From assembly GCA_963821525.1 (NCBI GenBank), contig CAWGED010000019.1, forward strand, positions 288,001-352,000: DNA of 64,000 bases, given 5' to 3'. Positions 55,870 through 64,000 of this stretch are shown here, piece after piece (position 1 is the first letter of the stretch; each line of letters begins with the position of its first letter). Under the pieces are notes generated by a model. It was not told where the DNA came from and made no database searches. It saw only the letters and a program-made list of their open reading frames with translations. A program made the position numbers and the translations under genes. This DNA comes from an uncultured Gemmatimonadales bacterium (GTDB lineage Bacteria; Gemmatimonadota; Gemmatimonadetes; Gemmatimonadales; GWC2-71-9).

Positions 55870-56019
55870 CGGCCCCAGATCCACATCCGCTCGAATCCGA
55901 ATAAGCTTCAGGGCGCCTGAGGCTCGGGCTAGAGGCGCCTCGCCCGCGATGTCGATTTGGGCCCTCCCCCAACGACTAATTGACGTGCCGAGCCGTTTCA
56001 CCTCGATTGGGAGGAAGCC

Positions 56020-56376
56020 ATGAAGTACCTGTGCCTGATCTATTCCGATGAGACCCAGTGGCAGAAACTGCCTAAGGCCGAGACCGACAAGCTGATGGGG
56101 GAGTTCTTCAACTTCACCGACGGCATCAAGGCCAGTGGCCACTACCTGGGCAGCAACCGCCTGCAGCCGACTCCTGCCGCTACCACGGTGCGGATCCGCG
56201 ACGGGAAGATGTCTACAACCGATGGGCCGTTTGCGGAAACCAGGGAACAACTCGGAGGCTATTATCTGGTCGAGGCCCCGGATCTGAACGATGCCATCCG
56301 GATTGCCTCGAAAATCCCCGCCGCGAGGTACGGGAGTATCGAGGTCCGCCCCGTTTGGGAGGTCGTTCGGCCCTAG
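56020..56376 (+). CDS. YciI/DGPF-family protein
   Basis: TDGPFAETREQLGGYY...IEVRP. Confidence 0.9.
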   Translation: MKYLCLIYSDETQWQKLPKAETDKLMGEFFNFTDGIKASGHYLGSNRLQPTPAATTVRIRDGKMSTTDGPFAETREQLGGYYLVEAPDLNDAIRIASKIPAARYGSIEVRPVWEVVRP

Positions 56377-56394
56377 CCGGAGAGAGCAGGTGGA

Positions 56395-57648
56395 ATGAGC
56401 GAGGTCATTGCCGAACCGATTCGCGCCGTGGTGGAGACGGTCTATCGTTCCGACTCACGGCGCGTCCTCGCCACTCTGATCCGCCTGCTCGGGGACTTCG
56501 ATCTTGCGGAAGAAGCGCTCCATGACGCCTTCGCCGCGGCGGTCGAGCGCTGGCCCCATGACGGGGTGCCGGCCAATCCCCGAGCCTGGCTGGTTTCGAC
56601 CGGGCGGTTCAAGGCGATCGATGGCCTTCGGCGGAGGTCCCGCTTCGACGCGGCACTCGTGGAGCTGGCGGACCGGTTGGGCGCCGCCAGTGAGCCAGAC
56701 ATGATTCCAGACGAAGAGAGCATCGAGGACGATCGGCTCCGGCTGATCTTCACCTGTTGTCACCCCGCTTTGCCTCCCGATTCCCAACTGGCCCTGACGC
56801 TACGAGAAGTCTGCGGACTCACCACGGAAGCCATCGCGCGCGCCTTCCTGACCAAGGCTCCGACCGTGGCACAACGGATCGTCCGCGCCAAGGCAAAGAT
56901 CCGGGACGCCGGGATACCATATCAGGTCCCCTCGCGAGCCGATCTCCCCGAACGTCTGGCCTTGGTACTGCACGTGGTCTACCTCGTCTTCAACGAGGGG
57001 TACGCTCCGTCGTCGGGTGAGTCGTTGACTCGGGACGACCTCTCCGAAGAGGCGATCAGGCTGGGACGGCTCCTGGTGGAGCTGCTGCCTGAGCCGGAGG
57101 TGATGGGATTGTTGGCGCTGATGCTGCTGCATGAATCCCGGCGGGCCGCGCGGAGCACACCATCGGGGGACGTGGTCCTGCTGGATGAACAGGATCGCTC
57201 GCTGTGGGACCGCGAGAGGATGGCAGAGGGGACCGCGCTGGTTGAGCAGGCGCTCTCCTCCCGACGCTTCGGGCCCTACACCCTGCAAGCGGCCATCGCA
57301 GCGGTCCACGCCGAAGCAGTCCGCGCGGCCGATACCGATTGGGCGCAGATCATCGGCCTCTACGATCTCCTCCTCGAGTCGGAGCGGTCTCCGGTCATCG
57401 AACTGAACCGGGCCGCGGCGGTCGCGATGCGAGATGGGCCGGCGGCCGGGCTCGACCTGATCGACGACATCCTGCATCGCGGGGAGCTCAAGGACTATCA
57501 CCTCGCGCATTCGGCACGAGCCGATCTCTGCCGGCGGCTGGGAAGAAATCAGGAAGCCGGCGACTCGTACCGCCGGGCTCTCGAGCTGGCCCGTCTGGAT
57601 CCAGAGCGCCGGTTTCTGGAACGGCGCCTGAGCGAGCTATCTCACTAA
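56395..57648 (+). CDS. ECF sigma factor with C-terminal TPR-like extension (ECF42-type)
   Basis: DDRLRLIFTCCHPAL, YLVFNEGY, GPYTLQAAIAAVH; DGPF gene upstream. Confidence 0.88.
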   Translation: MSEVIAEPIRAVVETVYRSDSRRVLATLIRLLGDFDLAEEALHDAFAAAVERWPHDGVPANPRAWLVSTGRFKAIDGLRRRSRFDAALVELADRLGAASEPDMIPDEESIEDDRLRLIFTCCHPALPPDSQLALTLREVCGLTTEAIARAFLTKAPTVAQRIVRAKAKIRDAGIPYQVPSRADLPERLALVLHVVYLVFNEGYAPSSGESLTRDDLSEEAIRLGRLLVELLPEPEVMGLLALMLLHESRRAARSTPSGDVVLLDEQDRSLWDRERMAEGTALVEQALSSRRFGPYTLQAAIAAVHAEAVRAADTDWAQIIGLYDLLLESERSPVIELNRAAAVAMRDGPAAGLDLIDDILHRGELKDYHLAHSARADLCRRLGRNQEAGDSYRRALELARLDPERRFLERRLSELSH

Positions 57649-57663
57649 GGATCGGAGACTGAC

Positions 57664-58511
57664 ATGGCCGCCGGCGATCTCGTGGGACGCAGCTTTTTCG
57701 TCACCGGCGCCAGCTCGGGTATCGGCCGCTCCATGGCCGAGGCCCTGGCAGCCCGGGGGGCGAGCGTCGTACTCGCTGCCCGGTCGGAGGAGCGCACGCG
57801 ACCGGTGCTCGAGGGCATCCGTCGCCAGTTCCCCTCCAGCGACGTTCAGTCGTTGCAGATGGATCTGGCGGATCTCGACTCGGTGCGCCGCGCCGCAGGC
57901 GGATACCTCGGATCGGGAAAGCCGATCGATGTCCTGGTGAACAACGCTGGGATCGCCGGGACCAACGGGCTCAGTCGGCAGGGCTTCGATCTCACCTACG
58001 CGACGAACCACATCGGTCCTTTCCTCTGACCAACCTGCTGCTGCCGCGAATCCGTGAGGCGTCACAGGGGCGCATCGTCAACGTGGCCAGCTCGGCTCAC
58101 TTCTCAGCGAAGCAGATGGATTGGAGTATGCTCGACCGCCGAACGACGCCTCGGCGGAGTGGATTCCCCGATTATGCCCTGACCAAGCTGATGAATGTGC
58201 TGCACGCGAAGGAGCTGGCGCGGCGGTTGAGTGGAACCGCGGTGACGACCTACGCGGTCCATCCCGGAGCCGTCGCCACCAACATCTGGCGCGCTCTCCC
58301 GGGGCCGGTGCAGTGGTTCATCAAGCTGTTCATGCTGTCCAACGAACAGGGCGCCGTCCCCCTGCTCTACTGCGCTACCGCGCCCGAGCTCGCGAGCCAG
58401 ACCGGCCGCTATTATGACCGGTCTCGCGAGATCCCTCCCAGCCCGCTGGCCGCCGACGACAACCTGGCCCGGGAGCTGTGGATCAGAACGGAAGCCATCG
58501 TCGGATCCTGA
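57664..58511 (+). CDS. Short-chain dehydrogenase/reductase; frameshift near 58025
   Basis: TGASSGIG, NNAG, TNHIGPF, YALTK, VHPGAVATNI. Confidence 0.88.
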
Positions 58512-58541
58512 GTTCCCCTTGGGGTGGTTCCCCCACTCCCC

Positions 58542-58580
58542 TTGCACTTCTACAAGAGATTGCATATTCTCTTGTAGAAG
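58542..58580 (+). promoter_or_regulatory. padR promoter with overlapping inverted repeat
   Basis: TTGCAC-17nt-TATTCT overlapped by CTTCTACAAGAGA-8nt-TCTCTTGTAGAAG. Confidence 0.7.
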
Positions 58581-58594
58581 CCATAGGGGAAGCC

Positions 58595-58927
58595 ATGCCT
58601 GAAGAACGTCTCGACCTGCCGCAGGGCACGCTCGATCTCCTGATCCTGAAGGCGCTGTCGCTGGGGCCCCAGCACGGCTGGGCCATCTCGGAGCGTCTGC
58701 ACCAGGTCTCTCGCGCGACGCTCCAGGTGCCCCAGGGATCGCTCTATCCCGCGCTGCACCGGTTGGAGCGGCGAGGATGGATCTCCGCCCGCTGGGACAC
58801 CTCCGACAACAACCGCAAGGCGAAGTACTACGAGCTCACCAGGAGCGGCCAGCGGCAGCTGGAGGACGAGGCCGAGGATTGGCGTCGCCTGAACGCGGCG
58901 GTGGAACTCGTACTTGCGATGCGCTGA
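58595..58927 (+). CDS. PadR-family regulator (ADOP-associated)
   Basis: QGTLDLLILK, HGWAI, GSLYPALHRLE, SDNNRKAKYY. Confidence 0.92.
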   Translation: MPEERLDLPQGTLDLLILKALSLGPQHGWAISERLHQVSRATLQVPQGSLYPALHRLERRGWISARWDTSDNNRKAKYYELTRSGQRQLEDEAEDWRRLNAAVELVLAMR

Positions 58928-58930
58928 GCG

Positions 58931-61636
58931 ATGATCTCCGAGCTGCTGAGCGACCTGAAGTACCGGCTCCGCGCCCTGTTCCGGCGGGGTGAGATGGAGC
59001 ACGAGCTGGACGACGAGATGCGATTCCACATCGAGCGCGAGGCCGAGAAGTACCGGGCCGCCGGAATGTCCGCCGAGGAGGCGCGCCGTCGAGCCCATGT
59101 CGCATTCGGCGGTGTCGAGTTGGCAAAGGAAGAGAGCCGTGACGCGCGGGGACTCTCGGTGTTGGAGGTGATTCAGCAGGATCTCCGGTACGCCATCCGC
59201 TCACTGCGACGGAACCCGATATTCACGGCAGGCGTGATCGTGACCCTGGCCCTCGGCATCGGGGCCAACACCGCGATGTTCGGGGTGGTAGACCGCCTGC
59301 TCTTCCGCAACCCGCCGATGCTTCGGGAGCCGGAGCAGGTTCACCGGGTCTACCTGGCCTACCTCGACCGGGGTACCGAGAAGATTCCCAACACGACCGA
59401 GTACACCCGGTATCTCGACCTGCGACGCTGGACCTCGGACTTTTCGGAGCTCGCTGCCATCAGCACCCGGCAGCTTGCGGTGGGAACCGGTACCGACGCA
59501 CGGGAGCGCGAAGTCGCGACGAACTCGGCCACTCTGTTCGACTTCTTCGACGCCAAGCCGGTGCTGGGTCGTTTCTTCACCGCACAGGAGGACACCGTCC
59601 CGGTCGGAGCCACCGTGGCGGTACTCAGCTACGGTTTCTGGCAGACCAACTACGGCGGACGGAGCGACGTACTGGGGCAGCAGATCGAGATCGGCGCTGT
59701 GCACTACACGATCATCGGAGTAGCGCCCCGCGACTTTATCGGGATCACCGATGAGAGCCCACCCGCCGTGTTCGTCCCGATCACCGCGTACGCCGGAACG
59801 TTCCGCGCGGGTCCCCAACTGACCAACTACTACACGCGATACAACTGGGGCTGGCTCCAAGTCGTGGCACGCCGCAAGCCCGGGGTCACCGTGGAACAGG
59901 CATCCGCGGACCTCTCGAAGGCCTATCTGCAGAGCTGGAACACCGAGCGCAGCCTGAGTCCTGCTCTTACCGCCCCAGAGATCGCTCACCCGCGGGCTAT
60001 CGCCGGACCGTTGCTCACCGAGCGCGGGCCCAACCAGAGCAAACTTGCCAAGGTCGCCACATGGGTGAGCGGAGTGACTGTCATCGTGCTCCTCATCGCC
60101 TGCGCCAACGTCGCGAACCTGTTGCTGGCCCGCGCGATCCGCCGGCGGCGGGAAGTCGCCGTGCGATTGGCACTCGGCGTGAGCCGGGCCAGGCTGATCA
60201 GGCAGTTGTTGACGGAGACCCTCCTGCTCGCGATTTCCGGCGGCGTGGTCGGTCTGATGGTTGGGTACTGGGGAGGCGCCCTGCTCCGGAAGCTGGTGTT
60301 GCCCGACCAGGGAGCCGGCCACACCCTGACCGACAGCAGGACGCTTTGGTTCGCGTTGGCGGTCAGTCTGGCCGCCGGGACAATCACCGGGCTCGCGCCG
60401 ATACTGCAGGCCCGGCGCACCGACCTGGCCGATTCCCTCAAGGCGGGCGTGCGAGAGGGCACGCATCGGCGCTCTCGGGCGCGGACTTCGTTGCTCCTCC
60501 TGCAGGCAGTGCTCTCGGTGGTCTTGCTGATCGGTGCCGGTTTGTTCGTGCGGAGCCTGCGAAACGTGCACGACCTGCGCCTTGGGTACGATGTGGATCC
60601 GGTGCTCTACGTCGGTTTCAACCGGCGCGGCGTCCAGATGTCCGACCCCGATGCAACCGCGCTGCGGCAACGCCTGGTCGAGCGGACTCGGGGGCTGCCG
60701 GGGGTGCAAAGTGCCGCCCTTGGGCTCACCGTCCCGTTCTGGGATACCTGGGCGGAGAATCTGTTTGTGGCGGGCATCGATTCGGTGGACCGGCTCGGCG
60801 AGTTCACGCTCCAGGCCGTCTCACCCGAGTACTTCTCCACCGTCGGTACCAGAGTTCTTCGAGGTCGGGGCATCACTCCGGAGGATCGGGCGGAGGGGCC
60901 GAAGGTCGTCGTCGTGACCCAGGCTATGGCCGCCAAGCTCTGGCCGGGCCAGGAAGCACTGGGACAATGCATTCGGAGGGACTCCGACACCATGCCATGC
61001 ATGACGGTGGTGGGCATCTCGGAGAACATCCATCAGAACAGCCTCACCGACGACCCGGGTCTGCACTATTTCCTCCCGATAACGCAGTTCCACCCCGAGG
61101 CGGCGACGATCTTCGCCCGGATGAAGGGTGACGCCGAGGAACAGGCAGAAAGTATCCGTCGCCAATTGCAGGCGTTGATGCCGGGAGACAGTTACCTGAC
61201 CGTTACCCCGATGAGCGAGATCATCGCCCCGAACGTGCGCTCGTGGGAACTTGGAGCCACCATGTTCCTCGCCTTCGGTGGCCTGGCCCTTGTTCTTGCC
61301 GCGATCGGCCTCTACAGCGTCATCGCCTACGACGTGGCACAGCGGACCCACGAGCTGGGGGTGCGGATAGCCTTGGGAGCCGGTGTCTCCGATGTCGTTC
61401 GGGTCGTAGTGGCAGACGGGCTGCGTTTCATTCTGATCGGCATTCTGCTCGGCAGCGGGCTGGCCTTATGGGCCGGTCGCTGGATCGAACCCCTTCTCTA
61501 CGCCGTCTCCCCGCGCGATCCAGTGATCTTCGGCGTCGTGGCCGGCGCGCTGCTTCTAGCCGCAGGCCTAGCCTCTCTCCTCCCTGCCCTCCGGGCCACC
61601 CGAGTCGACCCCACCGTAGCGCTCCGGACCGAGTAA
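58931..61636 (+). CDS. ADOP-type duplicated MacB/FtsX ABC permease
   Basis: ELDDEMRFHIE, ALGIGANTAMF, LLIACANVANL, ELGVRIALGA, RATRVDPTVALR. Confidence 0.92.
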   Translation: MISELLSDLKYRLRALFRRGEMEHELDDEMRFHIEREAEKYRAAGMSAEEARRRAHVAFGGVELAKEESRDARGLSVLEVIQQDLRYAIRSLRRNPIFTAGVIVTLALGIGANTAMFGVVDRLLFRNPPMLREPEQVHRVYLAYLDRGTEKIPNTTEYTRYLDLRRWTSDFSELAAISTRQLAVGTGTDAREREVATNSATLFDFFDAKPVLGRFFTAQEDTVPVGATVAVLSYGFWQTNYGGRSDVLGQQIEIGAVHYTIIGVAPRDFIGITDESPPAVFVPITAYAGTFRAGPQLTNYYTRYNWGWLQVVARRKPGVTVEQASADLSKAYLQSWNTERSLSPALTAPEIAHPRAIAGPLLTERGPNQSKLAKVATWVSGVTVIVLLIACANVANLLLARAIRRRREVAVRLALGVSRARLIRQLLTETLLLAISGGVVGLMVGYWGGALLRKLVLPDQGAGHTLTDSRTLWFALAVSLAAGTITGLAPILQARRTDLADSLKAGVREGTHRRSRARTSLLLLQAVLSVVLLIGAGLFVRSLRNVHDLRLGYDVDPVLYVGFNRRGVQMSDPDATALRQRLVERTRGLPGVQSAALGLTVPFWDTWAENLFVAGIDSVDRLGEFTLQAVSPEYFSTVGTRVLRGRGITPEDRAEGPKVVVVTQAMAAKLWPGQEALGQCIRRDSDTMPCMTVVGISENIHQNSLTDDPGLHYFLPITQFHPEAATIFARMKGDAEEQAESIRRQLQALMPGDSYLTVTPMSEIIAPNVRSWELGATMFLAFGGLALVLAAIGLYSVIAYDVAQRTHELGVRIALGAGVSDVVRVVVADGLRFILIGILLGSGLALWAGRWIEPLLYAVSPRDPVIFGVVAGALLLAAGLASLLPALRATRVDPTVALRTE

Positions 61637-61789
61637 CCTTCCTGTAAGAGCGTCCCGTCAGTCACACCCACGCTGGGCCACGGCTCACGGGGTTGACTGA
61701 AATGTTTGATTACTATCGATAGCCCTCGCCGCATCCATCGGCGAGCGATCAGACAACACGCGCTTGAAGGTGAGGAAGGTTCAGAACCC

Positions 61790-62706
61790 ATGTCGATACG
61801 TCCGGTTCAGCGAGTCGCCAAATCCAGGCCCACGATGGAAGGAGCGGGAGTGAAGCTCCGGCGTGCCTTCGGATTCGGCGATACCACCGAATTCGACCCG
61901 TTTCTGTTGTTCGACGATTTCCGCAACGAGCGGCCCGAGGACTATCTCGCGGGCTTTCCCTGGCATCCGCATCGCGGCATCGAGACCATCACCTACGTGC
62001 TCAAGGGGACGGTCGCCCATGGCGACAGCCTGGGGAACAAGGGGACTCTCGGCGCGGGTGACGTGCAGTGGATGACGGCGGGGAGCGGGATCCTGCACCA
62101 GGAGATGCCGCGAGGCGACGAGGCGGGACGGATGCACGGGTTCCAGCTCTGGGCCAACCTGCCCTCGTCGCTCAAGATGACACCCCCTCGCTATCAGGAC
62201 GTCCAGGGCAAGGACGTGCCCGAGGTCATCGACGATGACGGCACCATCGTGCGAGTGGTCGTGGGAGATTTTTGGGGGAAGGCGGGACCGGTGGAAGGGA
62301 TCGCCGCGGACCCGCGCTACCTCGATGTGTATGTTCCGCCCAACCTCCGTAAGACGCTGCCCGTGCGTCTGGGCCAGCATGCCTTCGCCTACGTCTTCGA
62401 AGGAGCGGCACGTTCCAAGACGCTTCGAAGCCGCAGCCGGTGCCGACCGACCGCGTCGCGGATCCCCTTCACCCCGCTACCCCCGCGGCCGCGCAGGACG
62501 CGGACAACCGCTCGCTGGTTCTCTTCGGCAGCGGCGATGAGGTGACAGTCCAGGCCGGCGAGACGGGCATCCGGTTCCTGCTGGTCTCGGGCAAACCGCT
62601 CGAGGAGCCGGTGGCATGGTACGGCCCCATCGTGATGAACACGGAGAAGGAGCTGGAGCAGGCAGTGAAGGAATTGCGCGAAGGAACTTTCATCAAACCT
62701 AGATAA
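61790..62706 (+). CDS. Pirin-family protein; frameshift near 62410
   Basis: DPFLLFD, GFPWHPHRGIET, WMTAGSGILHQE, YGPIVMN. Confidence 0.9.
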
Positions 62707-62798
62707 TTGCAGATTGCAGATTGCAGATTGAAGATTGAAAATGCAGATGATCTCACCGGTCAACTCAATCTTCAATCTGAAATCTTCAATCTGAAATG
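62705..62798. repeat. Empty inverted heptamer element C (5+5 units, 24-nt spacer)
   Basis: AATTGCA GATTGCA GATTGCA GATTGAA GATTGAA ... CTCAATC TTCAATC TGAAATC TTCAATC TGAAATG. Confidence 0.9.
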
Positions 62799-62812
62799 AT
62801 TGGGAGGTTCAC

Positions 62813-63169
62813 ATGGCATACGTCGACGGTTTCGTCATTGCGTTGCCCCGAAGAAAGCTCCCTGTATACCGGCGAATCTCCCGACAGGCCGGTAAGGTGT
62901 GGAAGCAGCACGGCGCGCTGGAGTACCGGGAGTGCGCCGGCGATGACCTGCAGATGAAGATGGGAATGCCGTTCCCGAGGCTGGCGCGAGTCAAGCCAGG
63001 GGAGACGGTGGTGTTTTCCTGGATTCTCTACCGGAACCGGCGTCATCGGGATCGGGTCAACGCCAAGGTCATGAAGGACCCCCGCATGGAGCGCATGATG
63101 AAGCTCCCGATGCCATTCGATATGAAACGGATGGCGTACGGCGGATTCAAGGTTATTGTGGATATGTGA
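62813..63169 (+). CDS. DUF1428-family protein
   Basis: YVDGFV, HGALEYRECAGDD, MPFDMKRMAYGGF. Confidence 0.9.
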   Translation: MAYVDGFVIALPRRKLPVYRRISRQAGKVWKQHGALEYRECAGDDLQMKMGMPFPRLARVKPGETVVFSWILYRNRRHRDRVNAKVMKDPRMERMMKLPMPFDMKRMAYGGFKVIVDM

Positions 63170-63277
63170 CGCCCAGGATGGAGCTGGGACGAGGGAGGAA
63201 GCCTCGCCGCAGTCTCGGGCGGGGCTTTCTTGTCGATAGCAGCACGGATGTGTCGCGTCCAGACGGAAGGAGGAAGG

Positions 63278-63748
63278 ATGGCTACCTACGCTGAACCTGC
63301 CTTCGAGAGACGCAGCTCGATCCGGCGGAGAACCGAAGCGGTCACCGACCGATGGTCGCTCATGCCTCCGCTCGGCCGGGCATTGCTCTCTGCGATTTTC
63401 ATCATTTATGGATTCCCCCACTTTAGCGCTCAAACGATCGGGTATGCCGCACACCATGGAGTTCCAGCGGCCGGCATTCTGGTTCCCTTCTCCGGCGTCA
63501 TGGCTATCGTCGGTGGAGTCAGCATTCTGGTCGGCTACCATGCCAAGGTGGGCGCCTGGCTGTTGATCATCTTCCTGCTGGTCGTGACACCGGTGATGCA
63601 CAATTTCTGGAGCGCCACCGATCCCGGCACCCGAGCCCTGCAACAGGGCATGTTCATGAAGAACCTGGCCATGATGGGTGGTGCCATCCTGGTCGCGTAT
63701 TTCGGCGCCGGACCCTGGAGCGTGGATTGGAGTGTGAGGAGAACGTAG
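63278..63748 (+). CDS. DoxX-family membrane protein
   Basis: GRALLSAIF, MHNFW, FMKNLAMMGG, GAGPWSVD. Confidence 0.9.
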   Translation: MATYAEPAFERRSSIRRRTEAVTDRWSLMPPLGRALLSAIFIIYGFPHFSAQTIGYAAHHGVPAAGILVPFSGVMAIVGGVSILVGYHAKVGAWLLIIFLLVVTPVMHNFWSATDPGTRALQQGMFMKNLAMMGGAILVAYFGAGPWSVDWSVRRT

Positions 63749-63758
63749 TGGGAGGGTC

Positions 63759-63878
63759 GATTGAAGATTGAAGATTTCAGATTGAAGATTGAAAAGCCAG
63801 CAATACTCAATCGTCAGTCTGATATCTTCAATCTTCGGCCTTGACCAATCTTCAATCTGAAATCTTCAATCTTCAATC
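63759..63878. repeat. Empty inverted heptamer element D (5+5 units plus a degenerate internal array)
   Basis: GATTGAA GATTGAA GATTTCA GATTGAA GATTGAA ... ACCAATC TTCAATC TGAAATC TTCAATC TTCAATC (33/35 complementary). Confidence 0.9.
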
Positions 63879-64000
63879 ACCAGAACTTCAGGTCATACCC
63901 GAGCCGCTCGATTGCTCGGCCGGTATGTGGGTCAAGATTGCCTTCACCGCCGTTTTCAGGTTCTCATCGTAGCGTTCCTGGTCTTCCGGCACCGCGGCTA
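63877..64000 (-). CDS. 3' end of an unidentified gene entering from outside the window
   Basis: Open minus-strand frames end at 63877 (…LGYDLKFW*) or 63888; frame uncertain. Confidence 0.35.

Noticed and set aside
2245..62706. About 14 frameshifted genes as pseudogenes or programmed frameshifts
   Set aside because: The cases I resolved are isolated single-base indels in otherwise intact conserved genes with no slippery motif, so sequencing or assembly error is most likely. Needs read-level confirmation.
63198..63231. Hairpin after DUF1428 as a terminator
   Set aside because: Imperfect stem and short U-tract; plausible but too weak to call.
62705..63878. Heptamer arrays as CRISPR or as small coding ORFs
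   Set aside because: No spacers or cas genes; ORFs such as 62389..62775 and 63535..63810 merely translate the repeats.

Overview
GC-rich bacterial chromosomal window. Gene content (PadR/ADOP permease pairs, Ig-like surface protein, ECF42) suggests Gemmatimonadota or a related phylum; this is inference. Contents: aguB/aguA agmatine catabolism, glutamine synthetase III, csp-rpsU, diguanylate cyclase, a CsoR copper operon, a surface glycosylation cluster, a selenocysteine NAD-linked formate dehydrogenase operon with SECIS, a cyclic beta-1,2-glucan synthase, an ATP-dependent DNA ligase, two PadR-ADOP pairs, a MarR/RND efflux system, a sulfotransferase, an ECF42-DGPF pair, pirin, DUF1428 and DoxX. 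About 14 genes carry frameshifts, which look like assembly indel errors. The main unexplained signal is a family of four intergenic elements, each made of two inverted arms of five GATTnnn heptamers. Two elements enclose an Avd-like four-helix-bundle gene and two are empty. A second candidate is a pseudoknotted RNA leader at about 50440-50600.
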